Positions 26,510 to 37,167 of a stretch of 64,000 nt of DNA are shown in pieces (within the stretch, counting starts at the first letter, position 1; each line of letters starts with the position of its first letter). The stretch covers positions 3,114,524 to 3,178,523 of the forward strand of contig MU053873.1 of assembly GCA_013239625.1 (NCBI GenBank). The letters run 5' to 3'. The notes under the pieces were generated by a model. That model saw only the letters and a list, made by a program, of their open reading frames with translations. It had not been told where the DNA came from and searched no databases. The DNA comes from Lama guanicoe (lineage: Eukaryota). The translations under genes and the position numbers were made by a program.

Positions 26510-26866
26510 TGTCATGGGCTGAATTGTGACTGATACAAAATTTGTATGTTGAAGACCTAAGACCCATAACCTCAGAATGGGACCTTTAAAGATGTGATTA
26601 AGTTCAAGTGAGGCCCTGAGGGCGGGCCCCAATCCACCCTGCCTGGCATCAGACACAGAGACACACCAGGGATGTGTGGGCACAGAGGAAAGAGCAAGTG
26701 AGGACACAGCAAGAAGGCGACTGTCAGCCAGCCAAGGAGAGAGGCCAGACCTGAGACACCTCGGTCTTAGACTCCAGCCTCCATAACTGGGAGAAAATAA
26801 ATCCCTGTTGTTTAAGCCCTGCTAGCCCCTGGTGTTTTGTTGTAGCAGCTCCAGCAGACTGATGCA
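26510..26866 (+). mobile_element. MaLR solo LTR (MLT1A/B-like)
   Basis: tgtcatgggctgaattgtg...ccagcctccataactgggagaaaataaatccctgttgtttaagcc...gcagactgatgca, with TG..CA ends. Confidence 0.85.
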
Positions 26867-27429
26867 GCCTGCTACACTTTCGCAAAGCCCATTAGATTCT
26901 AATAACTATTCTTCCCATTGCTGAGATGAGGAGCCTGAGGCCCAGTGAGTGACTTCTCCAAGGCTTCAAGACTCCGTGGGTCTCACCACAGGAAGACCAC
27001 GGCCGTGTCTGTTCCCACCCTTACCTTCCACCCCAATGTCGGCTAGCTTTGGATTGCCAGGGCCTCTGATTCACTGCAGGGATCCTGGATGTCCCCTCAT
27101 GTCCCAGCTCTCTCCTGTGATCTGGGGCCACTCCTGTGAATAGTAGGCTAGTGGTCAATGCTCCTTGAATACATATAAATACACGATGGATTTGTCTATT
27201 GACTCACCAAGCGGGAGAACGTTCCTGCATCCAAGGAAACACAGTCCACTGTTCTACTGACTTGCCCCACTAGAAAGACAGGGAGATGGCAAGGTCTTCC
27301 AGGGAGGGCAGCCAGTGAATTTCCCTTCTGCCCCATCTCTCCTCCCCTTCCCACTTCTACCCAGAACCTCTGGGGAGGATGCTCATAGCTGAGATCTCCC
27401 CTTCTTGGAGTGAGCACCAACTGGTAAGT

Positions 27430-27827
27430 TGTTATGGCTTGAACTGTGTCCCTCAACTCCTTCCCCATCAAAGATACCCTAACCCCCAGTAACTCTGGAT
27501 GTGACCTTATCTGGGGATCTAGGGTCTTGGCACAGGTAATCAAGTTAAGATGAGGAGAGGGTGGGCCTAATATGACCATGTCCTCACAAAAGGAGATTTG
27601 GACATGGAGACAGACAAGCACAGGAGGAAGAGGATGTAGAGACAGGGATAAGACAGCCACATGCAAGCCAAGAGGGGGCCCTGAAGATACTCAGAAGGAA
27701 CCAACCCCGCCTACACCTTGATTTTGGACTTCCAGCCTCCAGAACTTCAAGACAGTTAGGTTTCTGCGGTTGACGTCACCTCACAAAGCTAGGTGCTCTG
27801 TTACAGCAGCCCCGGCAAATGAACACA
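27430..27827 (+). mobile_element. MaLR solo LTR (MLT1B/C-like)
   Basis: tgttatggcttgaactgtgtccc...caccttgattttggacttccagcctccagaac...tgttacagcagccccggcaaatgaacaca. Confidence 0.85.
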
Positions 27828-28744
27828 CCAGTGATCCCAACAGGCCTTTCCCTCCCCTGATGGGAGCTGTGACTGGGTGCACCAGAAGGAAGCGGCCTGG
27901 GAACAGAGGTTCACATGGGGGAGGACATGGGGTCTGTGCCACCGGGAACTGAAAGGGAAGCAGCATAGGTTTCCTAATGTAGGCATAAGCTAGTTCTGCC
28001 TTTGTAAAAAGGGACTAGTATGTGCACTTATTTCTTGGGACTTTTTGTAAAGTCTCAGTGAGAGGCCCCATGTAAAAGCCCAGCACGGCGGCCAGCACAC
28101 ACTATGTGGTCAGTGAGCAGCAGCCTATAGTGTTACTGACACTGCAAGGATGTTTGAAAAAGCAGGTGTCCAGGCTGCCAGTGTCCCTCTGCAAGTGCTG
28201 TTTATGGTCCATGTGTGCATTTGTGTTGGTACAGGGTATGGGGTGTATGTGAGGAGGTGTGCGAGGGGCTGTGGAACAGATGGTCATGGGTTCTGGAATG
28301 CTTCTGTGGATGGATTTGCAGGGATGCATACATGTCTGTGTGTCATGGGCATTCAAGGTGTATGGGCCACTGACTCGTTCCGTGGATTTGTCATTCATTC
28401 ATTCATCAAAACTCCTTGAATGCTTTCACATCTACACACAATGCAGGTAGGGAAATACGATAGAGATAAACATAGCAATTAAGGGAGAGTGGAGAAAGAG
28501 CCTTTATTTCAGTTTGATGTAGCCGGGAAGACTTCCTGGAGGAGGTGACAACTTAAGCTGAACCTGGCCAAGTGAAACGACGTAAGGCCATTGCGTGTAG
28601 ACACATAAGGTGAGAAATAACTGTGCATCTGAAATGACAAACAGCTTGGGTTGGTTCGCTTCCTCAGAACCTTTCTACCCCTGCACCCCATCAACTCCCC
28701 AGAGTCCCAGGTAACATGATCACAGAACAGAGAGAAAGCACAGA

Positions 28745-29055
28745 CACCAAGGAGCCAACGCTTTATTTGGTACAGACCTAGTGTGCTGGGAGCCCCATGC
28801 CCTACAGGATGCACCTCTACTGGGCACCTCAGCCTCCTGAGGGAGGCCATGCTGGCTCTGGACTCAGGGCCCCTGGAGAGGTCTAGCAGGTCTCCCTCTG
28901 GACAGTCGTGGAGGTGGGAAGTCTTTGAGGGCAGGGCATCTCAGGACGCTGGAAACAAGCGCAGGTCAGAGCTGATACACGGACACAGGACGTGAGTTTT
29001 GGTGATGGAGCCCCAGAGTCCCGCATTCCCAGGTGGCGTTACCGCAGCGATGCCA
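28745..29055 (-). other. MYO18B: Probable non-coding terminal (3'UTR) exon of MYO18B
   Basis: Strong acceptor: about 45-nt pyrimidine tract ctctactcatttcccttctgtcccctccactctcattcctctcag|TGGCATC. AATAAA lies about 290 nt downstream. Pairs with the donor CAG|gtaaaa after the stop. The 3' end is approximate, and an alternative AG near 29106 cannot be excluded. Confidence 0.7.
28762..28767 (-). terminator. Polyadenylation signal AATAAA, probably of MYO18B
   Basis: Plus-strand tttatt. On the minus strand it is followed by a GU/U-rich element (ccttggtgtctgtgctttctctctgttctgtg). Confidence 0.75.
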
Positions 29056-31163
29056 CTGAGAGGAATGAGAGTGGAGGGGACAGAAGGGAAATGAGTAGAG
29101 GGAACCTGAGACAGAGAACCCACAGGGCCACCATTTCCAAGGGCAGGACAACCTGACATGTGCCGCAGCCACTGGGTGTGGGCTCTGGGCTACGGTCTTA
29201 TGTGTCATGTTACTTTAGGTAGTTGGTAACATTAGCCCCATTTTCCAGCTGAGAACACAGAAGCTGAGCAACGTTACATCTCTTGCCCAAGGACTCATGG
29301 CCAGCTACTGAGAAGAACTGAGCTCTGGGGGCCTGTGTGGTTCTGAACCCCATAATACATCTGCCTCACAGAGAACGGGGCCATGTTGTTGAGCTAAGGA
29401 CTCCAGCGTGCAAGTCAAAGGCGGAGGAGATTTTTAGGCAGGCGTTTTGTTATCACGGTGAGTGCTGCTGGGAGCAGGGCAGGGGAGCTGAACTTTTAAA
29501 AAAAAACTGGCAGAGACAAGATGTTCTGTGACAACGACGTCTGCTAAGGACTGCTCCCCTTCCGGACATGTGCCCTTTACTTGGCCTTTGAAACTGCGTT
29601 CTGTGTCCCCGAGAGCATAATAATGTAAATGAATATCAGATCTCTCCTCGGTAATTGAGAGTGGAGAGAAGGCCATGTTAAGTCAAATTAATTTGCTCTG
29701 ATCCTGTCCAAGCCCATCTTCACGGAAGGGGCAACGGCTTTCTGATGGGCTGAGGGGACTCTCCAAGTACTGAGTCTCTAGAAGTGGAAGATGTGCGGCT
29801 TCTTTTGGTCCAGGAGGCCTCTGAAAGGAGGGTCGGTGGCTGAGGCCAGGTGTGGGCTGAGCACCACGTGTGACCACTCGACCACCTGAGCCTCGAGCCG
29901 CTGAGAGTTCTGAGATTTACAGAGGCTGTGGGCTGTCACCGGGACGTGGGTGTGCGCTGCATCTGAACCTGGAGGGCAGCTTACTCCTCCGCTGCCTCCC
30001 AGCCCGCCTGACGGGGCTCTGTATTTCAGTCGGGAGTCCTAAAGTTTGAAACGTGCCTCACTAGGGGGAGTCAGTGGCTGGCCCCACCTCAGGGTAAAGA
30101 GGACAGAACCAGAAGTTAGGGTGGCTGGGCTGGCGGCAGACTCACTGGGTGATCTTGAAGTCTCCAGATTTGTTGAGTGGGGCTGGAGTCTGAGTTCCAA
30201 TCTCCCTTCAGATTTATGATTCTAAAGTCTGGCCTCAACAGAGACCACCTCTTTTAAGATGCAGCTCCATCAATGTGGCTCTGAGTTGAGCCCAAAGAGG
30301 CCTGGAATATGTACCTGAGAAACAGTGTTACCGATAAAAGTGTGGATTCCGGAGTTCTGAATCCCAGTTCTTCCTGGGTGATTTTGTACAACTGACTTAC
30401 CTCTTTGATTCTCAGTTTGTCAACCTGTGAAACGGGAATAAGTACTACACACCACCTCTTGGGGTTATCGTGGGTACTACGTGACTACCTGATACACACA
30501 CTCAGTACAGGTAAGCCGTTATAAGCAATGCATTCCTCCTCCTCCCTTTACTGCAGATAAGTACCAGGATTATCATGGGAGCAGGAAAGAGAAGCATGGC
30601 TTACTGTCACCCTGTGACCTTTGCAGTTGTCCCCTCTCCCCCTTCGCTGGGCCCGTTTCTCTCTATACATTTAGAGTAAGAGTTAGACTTCACCACTGTC
30701 AAGGCCTCTTCCACCCTGGCCTGACCCTCCCACCACCCACCCAGAATCTCCCATCCTCTGTGGACAGAGGCCAGCATGCTCCCCAGTATCCAAAGAGTGA
30801 AGTGCTGGAAAGAGAATGAGGCAAGGGCTGAGGGGGGAGGCAGGGAGACTTTAAAAGCCCAGCACCTTCTTCAGCATCGCCCCACAGGACCCTCATGCCT
30901 TCTGATGGGTCTGCAAGATGCAAAGAAACCGATGGCATCAAGCGAGGGCTTCGGGTAAGTTTTGTGTTTATCGGCAACATGCTATTTGCATAAACAGCCA
31001 CACATTATTTCACTGAAAACCCTCATCTTTAGAGAAATCAGCCATGGCATTAAAGGCAGTAGCAGCAACTGGTTTCCTCCAGGCTGCCAGACCCAGGTGG
31101 ACACCCTCATTTCATTCCCCAAGCAGAACAGCCCCAGCCCGCTGCTTTTACCTGAGCTGCTCC

Positions 31164-32412
31164 CTACTTCTGCAGGTACTTCTTCATGATGCTCTCCACG
31201 TCCTCGTCCTTCCTCCCTGCCCCGAGCTCTCTGGTCTCCGGGGACGTTTGCTCACCACCATCACCCTCCAGCCGCGGGACTCTAGGCCGACTCTTGATGC
31301 TGTCGGCGCTTTTGAAGGACACAATGGAGCTGGAGGAGGAGGACGAGTCAGAGAGGTGAGCAGGGTCTTCCCTGGACTCGGGGCTCTTTTTCAAAATGGT
31401 GGTGATCCCTGAGAGAACGCCCCGGTCCGCCTCTTCTGTCTCAAAGTGGACACTTGAATGCTGTGAACTGTCTTGCCCATCTCTGGCCACTCTGGCCAAG
31501 GACGTACGCATCTCGGGCTTCCGGATGGCCGGTAGGAAGTCATCGAAATTCACTTTGGTCTTGCGTTCATAGTTGAGGCTCGGGACCTTCCAGCTGAATG
31601 GGTCACTGCCCAAGGGGTCCTCCATCAGGTGGGCGAACTGGCGGTTCTGGAAGACCAGTGGCTCCTTCCCGAGGTCCAGACAGCCTGCGTCGTCCAGCGA
31701 GGACTCCAGACAGCGCCTCCGAGGGCGCAGCGTGGGCGACAAGAACGAGTCCCTGGGTGCGGATGGGGAGCTGGGTTTCCTCCCCGGGCCCGGTCCCGAC
31801 TCTAAGAGGGACTCGCAGGAACTGAACCGGGTCTTCTGCTTCTCGGGCAGCAGGCTGGGGCCCCCTATGCTCTCAGAAGAGATGCACTTAAGGCTGGTGG
31901 AGCGCAGGAGGCCGGCCGAGGACCCGGGGGCGCCGACCGTGTGCAGGGGTGACTCTGACCCAGACCTCAGCGAGAGGGTCCCCTCGTCACTGCCTGCCCT
32001 GGCCCTCCTCAGCGCGGATGCCCCAGTGGTCTGGTAGATGGGGAGAGTGGGCCCGTCCTCCAGGCCCAACGGCGACCCCCGGCCTCTCTGCGCCCTCCTC
32101 CTCCGGAGGCCTTCCACGAACTCCGACAGGGCGGCGGACGGACTCGGCAGCTTGTCCCTGGACAGCGGGGACGTGTCTCTACTACGGCTAGACGGGGAGG
32201 AAGACGGGGAGGAAGACAGCGCTCCTGACCTCTCTGGAGGCTTTCTCTGGACGCCACACTCTTCGCCATCTCCAGAGTGGGCGTACTTTCTCCGGCGGAG
32301 GGAGAGGGGAGACACGACCTTGTCCCCCGAGGTCTGGCTGCGAAAGTCCCGGGCCCCGCCCAGTGCCGATGCGCGCTGGGTCCGCTCGGCATCGCCCGCC
32401 TCCTCCTGCAGC
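31164..32412 (-). CDS. MYO18B: MYO18B last coding exon (Ser/Pro/Arg-rich C-terminal extension), stop TAG at 31164-31166
   Basis: Acceptor ttttcttctcctccgcgcag|G CTG CAG GAG GAG GCG, in frame with ORF 31164..32315. Contains LPSPSAALSEFVEGLRR, LVFQNRQFAHLME, FDDFLPAIRKP and ends SIMKKYLQK as in recalled MYO18B. The exon continues 12 nt of 3'UTR to a donor at 31151. Confidence 0.97.
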
Positions 32413-32520
32413 CTGCGCGGAGGAGAAGAAAACCGCCGTCAGTACACATTGGGCGATTCAGACAATTTGCGCCACTGGTGTGAGATCCCCTGAGCGCGGG
32501 CACTAATACTATTTGTCTTT
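31380..32520. promoter_or_regulatory. CpG-rich island-like segment over the last coding exon
   Basis: Visibly high GC and dense CpG (e.g. gatgcgcgctgggtccgctcggcatcgcccgcc) against a CpG-depleted background. Observed/expected ratio not computed. Confidence 0.65.
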
Positions 32521-35500
32521 GGAACCACCATCCCTTCCGCACTCTTCATGAACTGGGTGATTTAATGCGCAAACTCAAGCCATGTAAATGATTTCTCGTT
32601 CCTTTCTGAAATGCAATTTCTGTCTATAATTAAACCCAGCTAAGTACATTTGAGTAGATTAAAACTGTAGCTCTGATGGATGACTTAGATTTACGAGGCA
32701 TCATATCTGAGTCTGACACGAGAGGACCTAGCATCCCACAGCCTACTGTGAAGTAAGTAATTTGCTTCTTGAAGACTCGAGGGGGTCCTGCAGGAGGTTG
32801 TTTATTTAGGGCCCAGCCCAGAGGACAGCCTCACCAAGCAGAGCTTCGGAGAGCCAGTGACCCAAAAATGCATCTGAATGACATGCTCTGGGACACCCCT
32901 GATTGTTTCTTGGGATGGGATGGGGGTAGGGGTAAAAACAAAAAAAAAAAGAAAGTCCTTCAAAAGGGAAGGATTTACCTGAAATCAACCTGAAACCAAG
33001 ACTACACACCAGAGAACAGAAGCTTTCTATTCTGGGACAAACCAGACAGAGGCAAAACCACTCTGCCTCTGAGAAGTGGGAATCTCACAGTGGGGGGAAT
33101 TACAGGCTGCAAAATGAAAATGAAGAGCGTGGCTTAAAGGAGAGAGACCGGAGTCCATCAACCATTCCTTTAATAAATAAAATCTATTTGTCCTCCCTCT
33201 AAGACAAATGACCCCCTTCCCTCCCACCAGCAGAGTTATAATTTATAAAAAAGCAAAAGGGGGTGACAGATGTCAGAGTCTGGGCATGGCAACGGGGGCC
33301 AGGGGCTGGGCCTGAGGAAGGCAGGGTGCAGTGATGATGCAGGTTCCCAGTCGTCAGGCCATGCCCCTGCTTGCTGCTGTTACGATAGGAAAGATTATTA
33401 TGAAAGGTTCAGCCCTCTACACATAAAGGTTGGTATTCTGGTATGAGACTTTGAGGAAGGTGTCCTGCTCACCACAGTCTGATATCACCAGCCCCATCCC
33501 CAATTACGTAGGACAGTTTAGAAGGAAAACAGCTGACCACAATGACCAAGAGGGCTTTTGAATCTCTGAAGGAGCCAAGCCCACAGCCTTAGGAGGTGAT
33601 GCCCAGAGGAAAGAGGAGGATACAGATAAGGTAGGGGATTGTTGTCTTTTTCAGGGACATGGGTAGGGACCTAGACACTGCCTTCCTGAGCTCCTACCAT
33701 CCCATATGCGTCTCTCTTCTGATGCTGGCAGGAGCCTCCCCTGCCCCAGGACCATGGTGATGGGAGGTTGCCATGGTGATGATGCTCTGTGAAAAGGTTC
33801 CACAAATGATGGGCACAGGACTGGCTGTGCTCATCTGTCCCTCCTTACGCCATCAGCTTGGTAGGGAGGGTCAATGCCACAGTCTGGGGGCAGTGAGGAG
33901 TCCATAAGGTCCATCCCAAGGTAGGGGTGTGGATGCACTGCCTCCCTCACCCACTCTCCCACCAGCCTCAGTCCTTCTCCTGGGGGCTCTGGCTCCCAAC
34001 TCCCTCCCCAACCTCCTGTCTCATGACTTGGCCCCTTGCTCACTCTGCTCCAGCCACACCAGTCTCCGGAGACAGACCACACCCTTCCTAACTCTGGGAT
34101 TTGCTGTTCCCTGTGCCAGAAGCACTCCTACATCCTTCCAGTCCTGGTCATCGTGCTGACCTCATGGGAACATCAGGGGGTGGAAGAAAAGCCCTGGGCT
34201 CAGTGCCTGGCACCGAGTGCCTCAAATAATGATTATGAGTTATGATTAATCATTAATAATCAATAATGAATGGCTATGAATCATTAACAATTAGCAGTTA
34301 GTGCTCATTATGATGACAACTAATACTTTCTGAATCTCCAGAGCCTAACACACCACTGGACACCGTGAAAGTCTCAGCTGAAGTTCCAGGAGGGCAGGTG
34401 ACCTTTCGCGTCCTCACTCCTGAGAAAGGCTGGCCCCCATGTGCTCAAACAAAAGCCACACAATTTGCCTGGAGCAGCTGCTCCATTCCCATTTCTTGTA
34501 TGTCACCTTACGTCTCCGTCATGGCTGGACCCAGGCTGGGAAAGGAGCTGGAGCGCTCCCGTGTCACTACCTGAAAGGGCGTCTGTCAGCACCATCACTT
34601 TGGAATCACTCCCTAATACACGGCAGGATGGCATTCACAGCCTTTCTTTTTTGTTTTGTGTTATTTTTCTTTCTTTTTTTTTAATAAACAGCTTGGAGCT
34701 GCCAGGGACAGTGGGCTGCTGCAGGGCTGACAGAAGTCATTTCCGTCCTGTCTTGGCCCTGGAGGAGGCAGCCGTGATGAATGTGTCCTGGGCGCTCAGT
34801 CTCATTCATCACCTGCCACGTGGGGAGGGCGGCATCCTAGGCTCCTGTCCCCAAATCTCCCAGGACTGTGCCATCCCACGTGCCCTAGCTCCCCTCTCTG
34901 GGGCTGGCTGCAGAGGCCAAGACAGGGAACGAGGGAAGGGAGGGGAGAGAAGCAATGGGGGGAGGCAGGGAGGGAACATGGGGGAAAGAAGAGGAGGAAG
35001 AAGAGTAGCAGGAAGAGAGAAAGTAGGAAACAAGAGCAGAAGGAGAGGAGGTGGGGGAATCACCGCTCCCAGCCCATGCTGACAAGACCTTGCCAGTCTC
35101 ATTTCTGCACCTGAGCTGGCACGGTGCCCAGCACGCAGTGGACGTTCAGTAAGTGCTGCTGAACAGAGTCAAGTGCACCTTAGAAATCAGGTCTCAAGGG
35201 AAGAGGAATTGGTAGGATGAGGGAGGTGGATGGATGGGTAAAGAGAAGCGGGGAAAAGCAGAAGCAGGACCAAGAGAGGCTGCAGTGAGAGCATGTGGGG
35301 GAGGGGGGAGAGGGAGCGACCAAGGCCACGGGGCAGCGGAGGCAGAGGAGGGCTGACAAGGGAGGGTCGCAGGCGGGGTGTGGGCTGGCAGCCAAGGATC
35401 CACCCTCCTCATCTTTGACCAAAAGGTGGGCCAGGTCGGGGGTGCACAGAGGTGTCAGCAGCCCAGGAGTGGGGTCTGGAGGTTCCAGCCTGAGTGCTGC

Positions 35501-37104
35501 TGGCCAGACACAGGACACAGGCTTGCTGGGCTGAGCCCCAGGGGACCTGGCTGTGCCAGACCAAGGGAGACCTGCCTTCCTTCCTGAGGCCCACTAGGTG
35601 CAGCATCTTCCGGAAGGTGTGAAACCAAAAGGTCGCAGCACAGCCACTCGAGCCCCAGCCCGGCTGTCACCACTGGTGATGGGCCCAAGGGTTGATGTTG
35701 AGGGGGCGAGGTGGGCAGGGCTCCACCTTTCTGGAATAGTCTGGTGTTGCCTTCAGAGACTGCTGGGGGGCTTGGAACCAGAACATAGGCCAAGCAGTGT
35801 TGATTCCTGGGGGGCCAGAGGGGAGTGGGAGTCAGGGCAGAGTCAGGGGTGGGAAGGGGAGACAGGGAAGGGAGGCGGGAGAGGGAGGGAGAAAGGAAGA
35901 AAGGGAGAAGTCTTGGCTAAGCACTGCCTCCTGGGTTCACCATTCAGAAATCCACCCACGTCTGTCTCTGCGACATCTCTATTTCCTGTCTGCTTCACTG
36001 CTCCAAGTAAGAAGTCTGTTTCTGCGTGAAGACCGCCAAACTTAACCTGAACCTAGACGCCCTCTTGCAAGCTTCAGGGTGTGGGCCTAGCTCTGCTGTG
36101 AGGCGGGGCAGCCTCGCCCTGGCTCTGGCCTTTCAAACACACCCTGCTGTCCTCATCCAGGGTCTGGGAAGACTCATTTCCCCACTGTCTTCACAGACCG
36201 GCTCGGCTCCGATGGAACTCCCTCCCATCGGCACCACATGATGGATGGGTGGTGGCTAATCAAGATGTCACTGGGGCTGCCTCCCAGAGCCTTGGCCAGG
36301 GAGCAAGGTGATGGATGGGAAGCTCTCTGATTCGCTGGGAGACAGGTGTGGACACATGCTAGGCGGGGGCACTGTGATTCTCTGATAAAGGACTCTGGAA
36401 ATAGCTTGGGAAATTCTGCACCTGCCCCTTAGTCTATCCAGAAAGGAAGACTTCCAGTATACCTGCATGGTAAGGAGCCAGCAGGCATTGCGGGGGCATC
36501 CAAGCACACAAAGGCCAGGCTGGTCCTGTAGCAGTCACCCCTGGCTGAGCACACACTGTGTGTCAGGCACCATGCTGGTGCCGTGGACACAAGGGAGGAC
36601 AAGTGGATGGGCCCTGCCTGTGCGGAGCTGACTGTCACACCCATTTATAACCTCTACAGCGACCCTGGGAGGTAGGGGTTACGGGCTCTGGGCACAGCGA
36701 GGCTGGGTACCCTCTGCACGCACACTTGATTGGAAGTGGCAGAAGGGGAGTTCCAACTCCACAGCCAGCATCACCCTTTTCTGGAAACTTCCTCCAGACC
36801 CTGTGATGTGATGCAGTGTTAAGAGTACCTCCTACATCACCTCGCCTAGATAACATCTGTCCCTTGGAGTCTAGTCTGTTCTGCCACTCACTACTTTTGG
36901 CAGAGTCACCTAACTTCCCTAGGCCTCAGTTTCTTCAGTTATATAATGGGGGGGGATCTAGGTTAGCCCTGTGATGTTGTGGAGACAAGAGCTCCAGGAG
37001 GGCAGGAGTTTCTGTCTGTTGCATTTACGCTACACCTCGTGCCTAGAATGGTGTCAGAGCACACAGTAGGTGTTCAGTAAACATGTGCTGAATGGATGAG
37101 TGAA

Positions 37105-37167
37105 GTGTATATATATGTATGTATGTATGTGTGTGTATATATATATTTATATATATATATATATATA
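37105..37167. repeat. Compound (TA)n/(TATG)n/(TG)n microsatellite following an L2 3' end (about 36975-37100)
   Basis: Read directly from the sequence. Confidence 0.9.

Noticed and set aside
26510..27827. Two same-strand MLT1 LTRs as the ends of one provirus
   Set aside because: The LTRs differ in length and sequence, the roughly 560-bp spacer has a MIR-like piece and no recognisable MaLR internal sequence, and there is no shared TSD.
28503..28508. Second minus-strand AATAAA
   Set aside because: It adjoins L2-like sequence and lies beyond the better-supported signal at 28762. It could be a minor distal site, but nothing supports that.
31164..32315. 383-aa ORF read as a standalone single-exon gene
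   Set aside because: Its start is an internal GTG. The frame extends to a splice acceptor at 32412 and joins the upstream MYO18B exons in phase.
31573..32493. Two abutting plus-strand ORFs (154 aa and 151 aa) in one frame separated by a single TAG
   Set aside because: Antisense shadow of the GC-rich MYO18B exon. No recognisable protein and no splice or promoter support.
34441..35082. 213-aa plus-strand ORF and other 100-180 aa ORFs in introns and intergenic DNA
   Set aside because: Low-complexity or repeat-derived translations with no recognisable domain, at lengths expected by chance.
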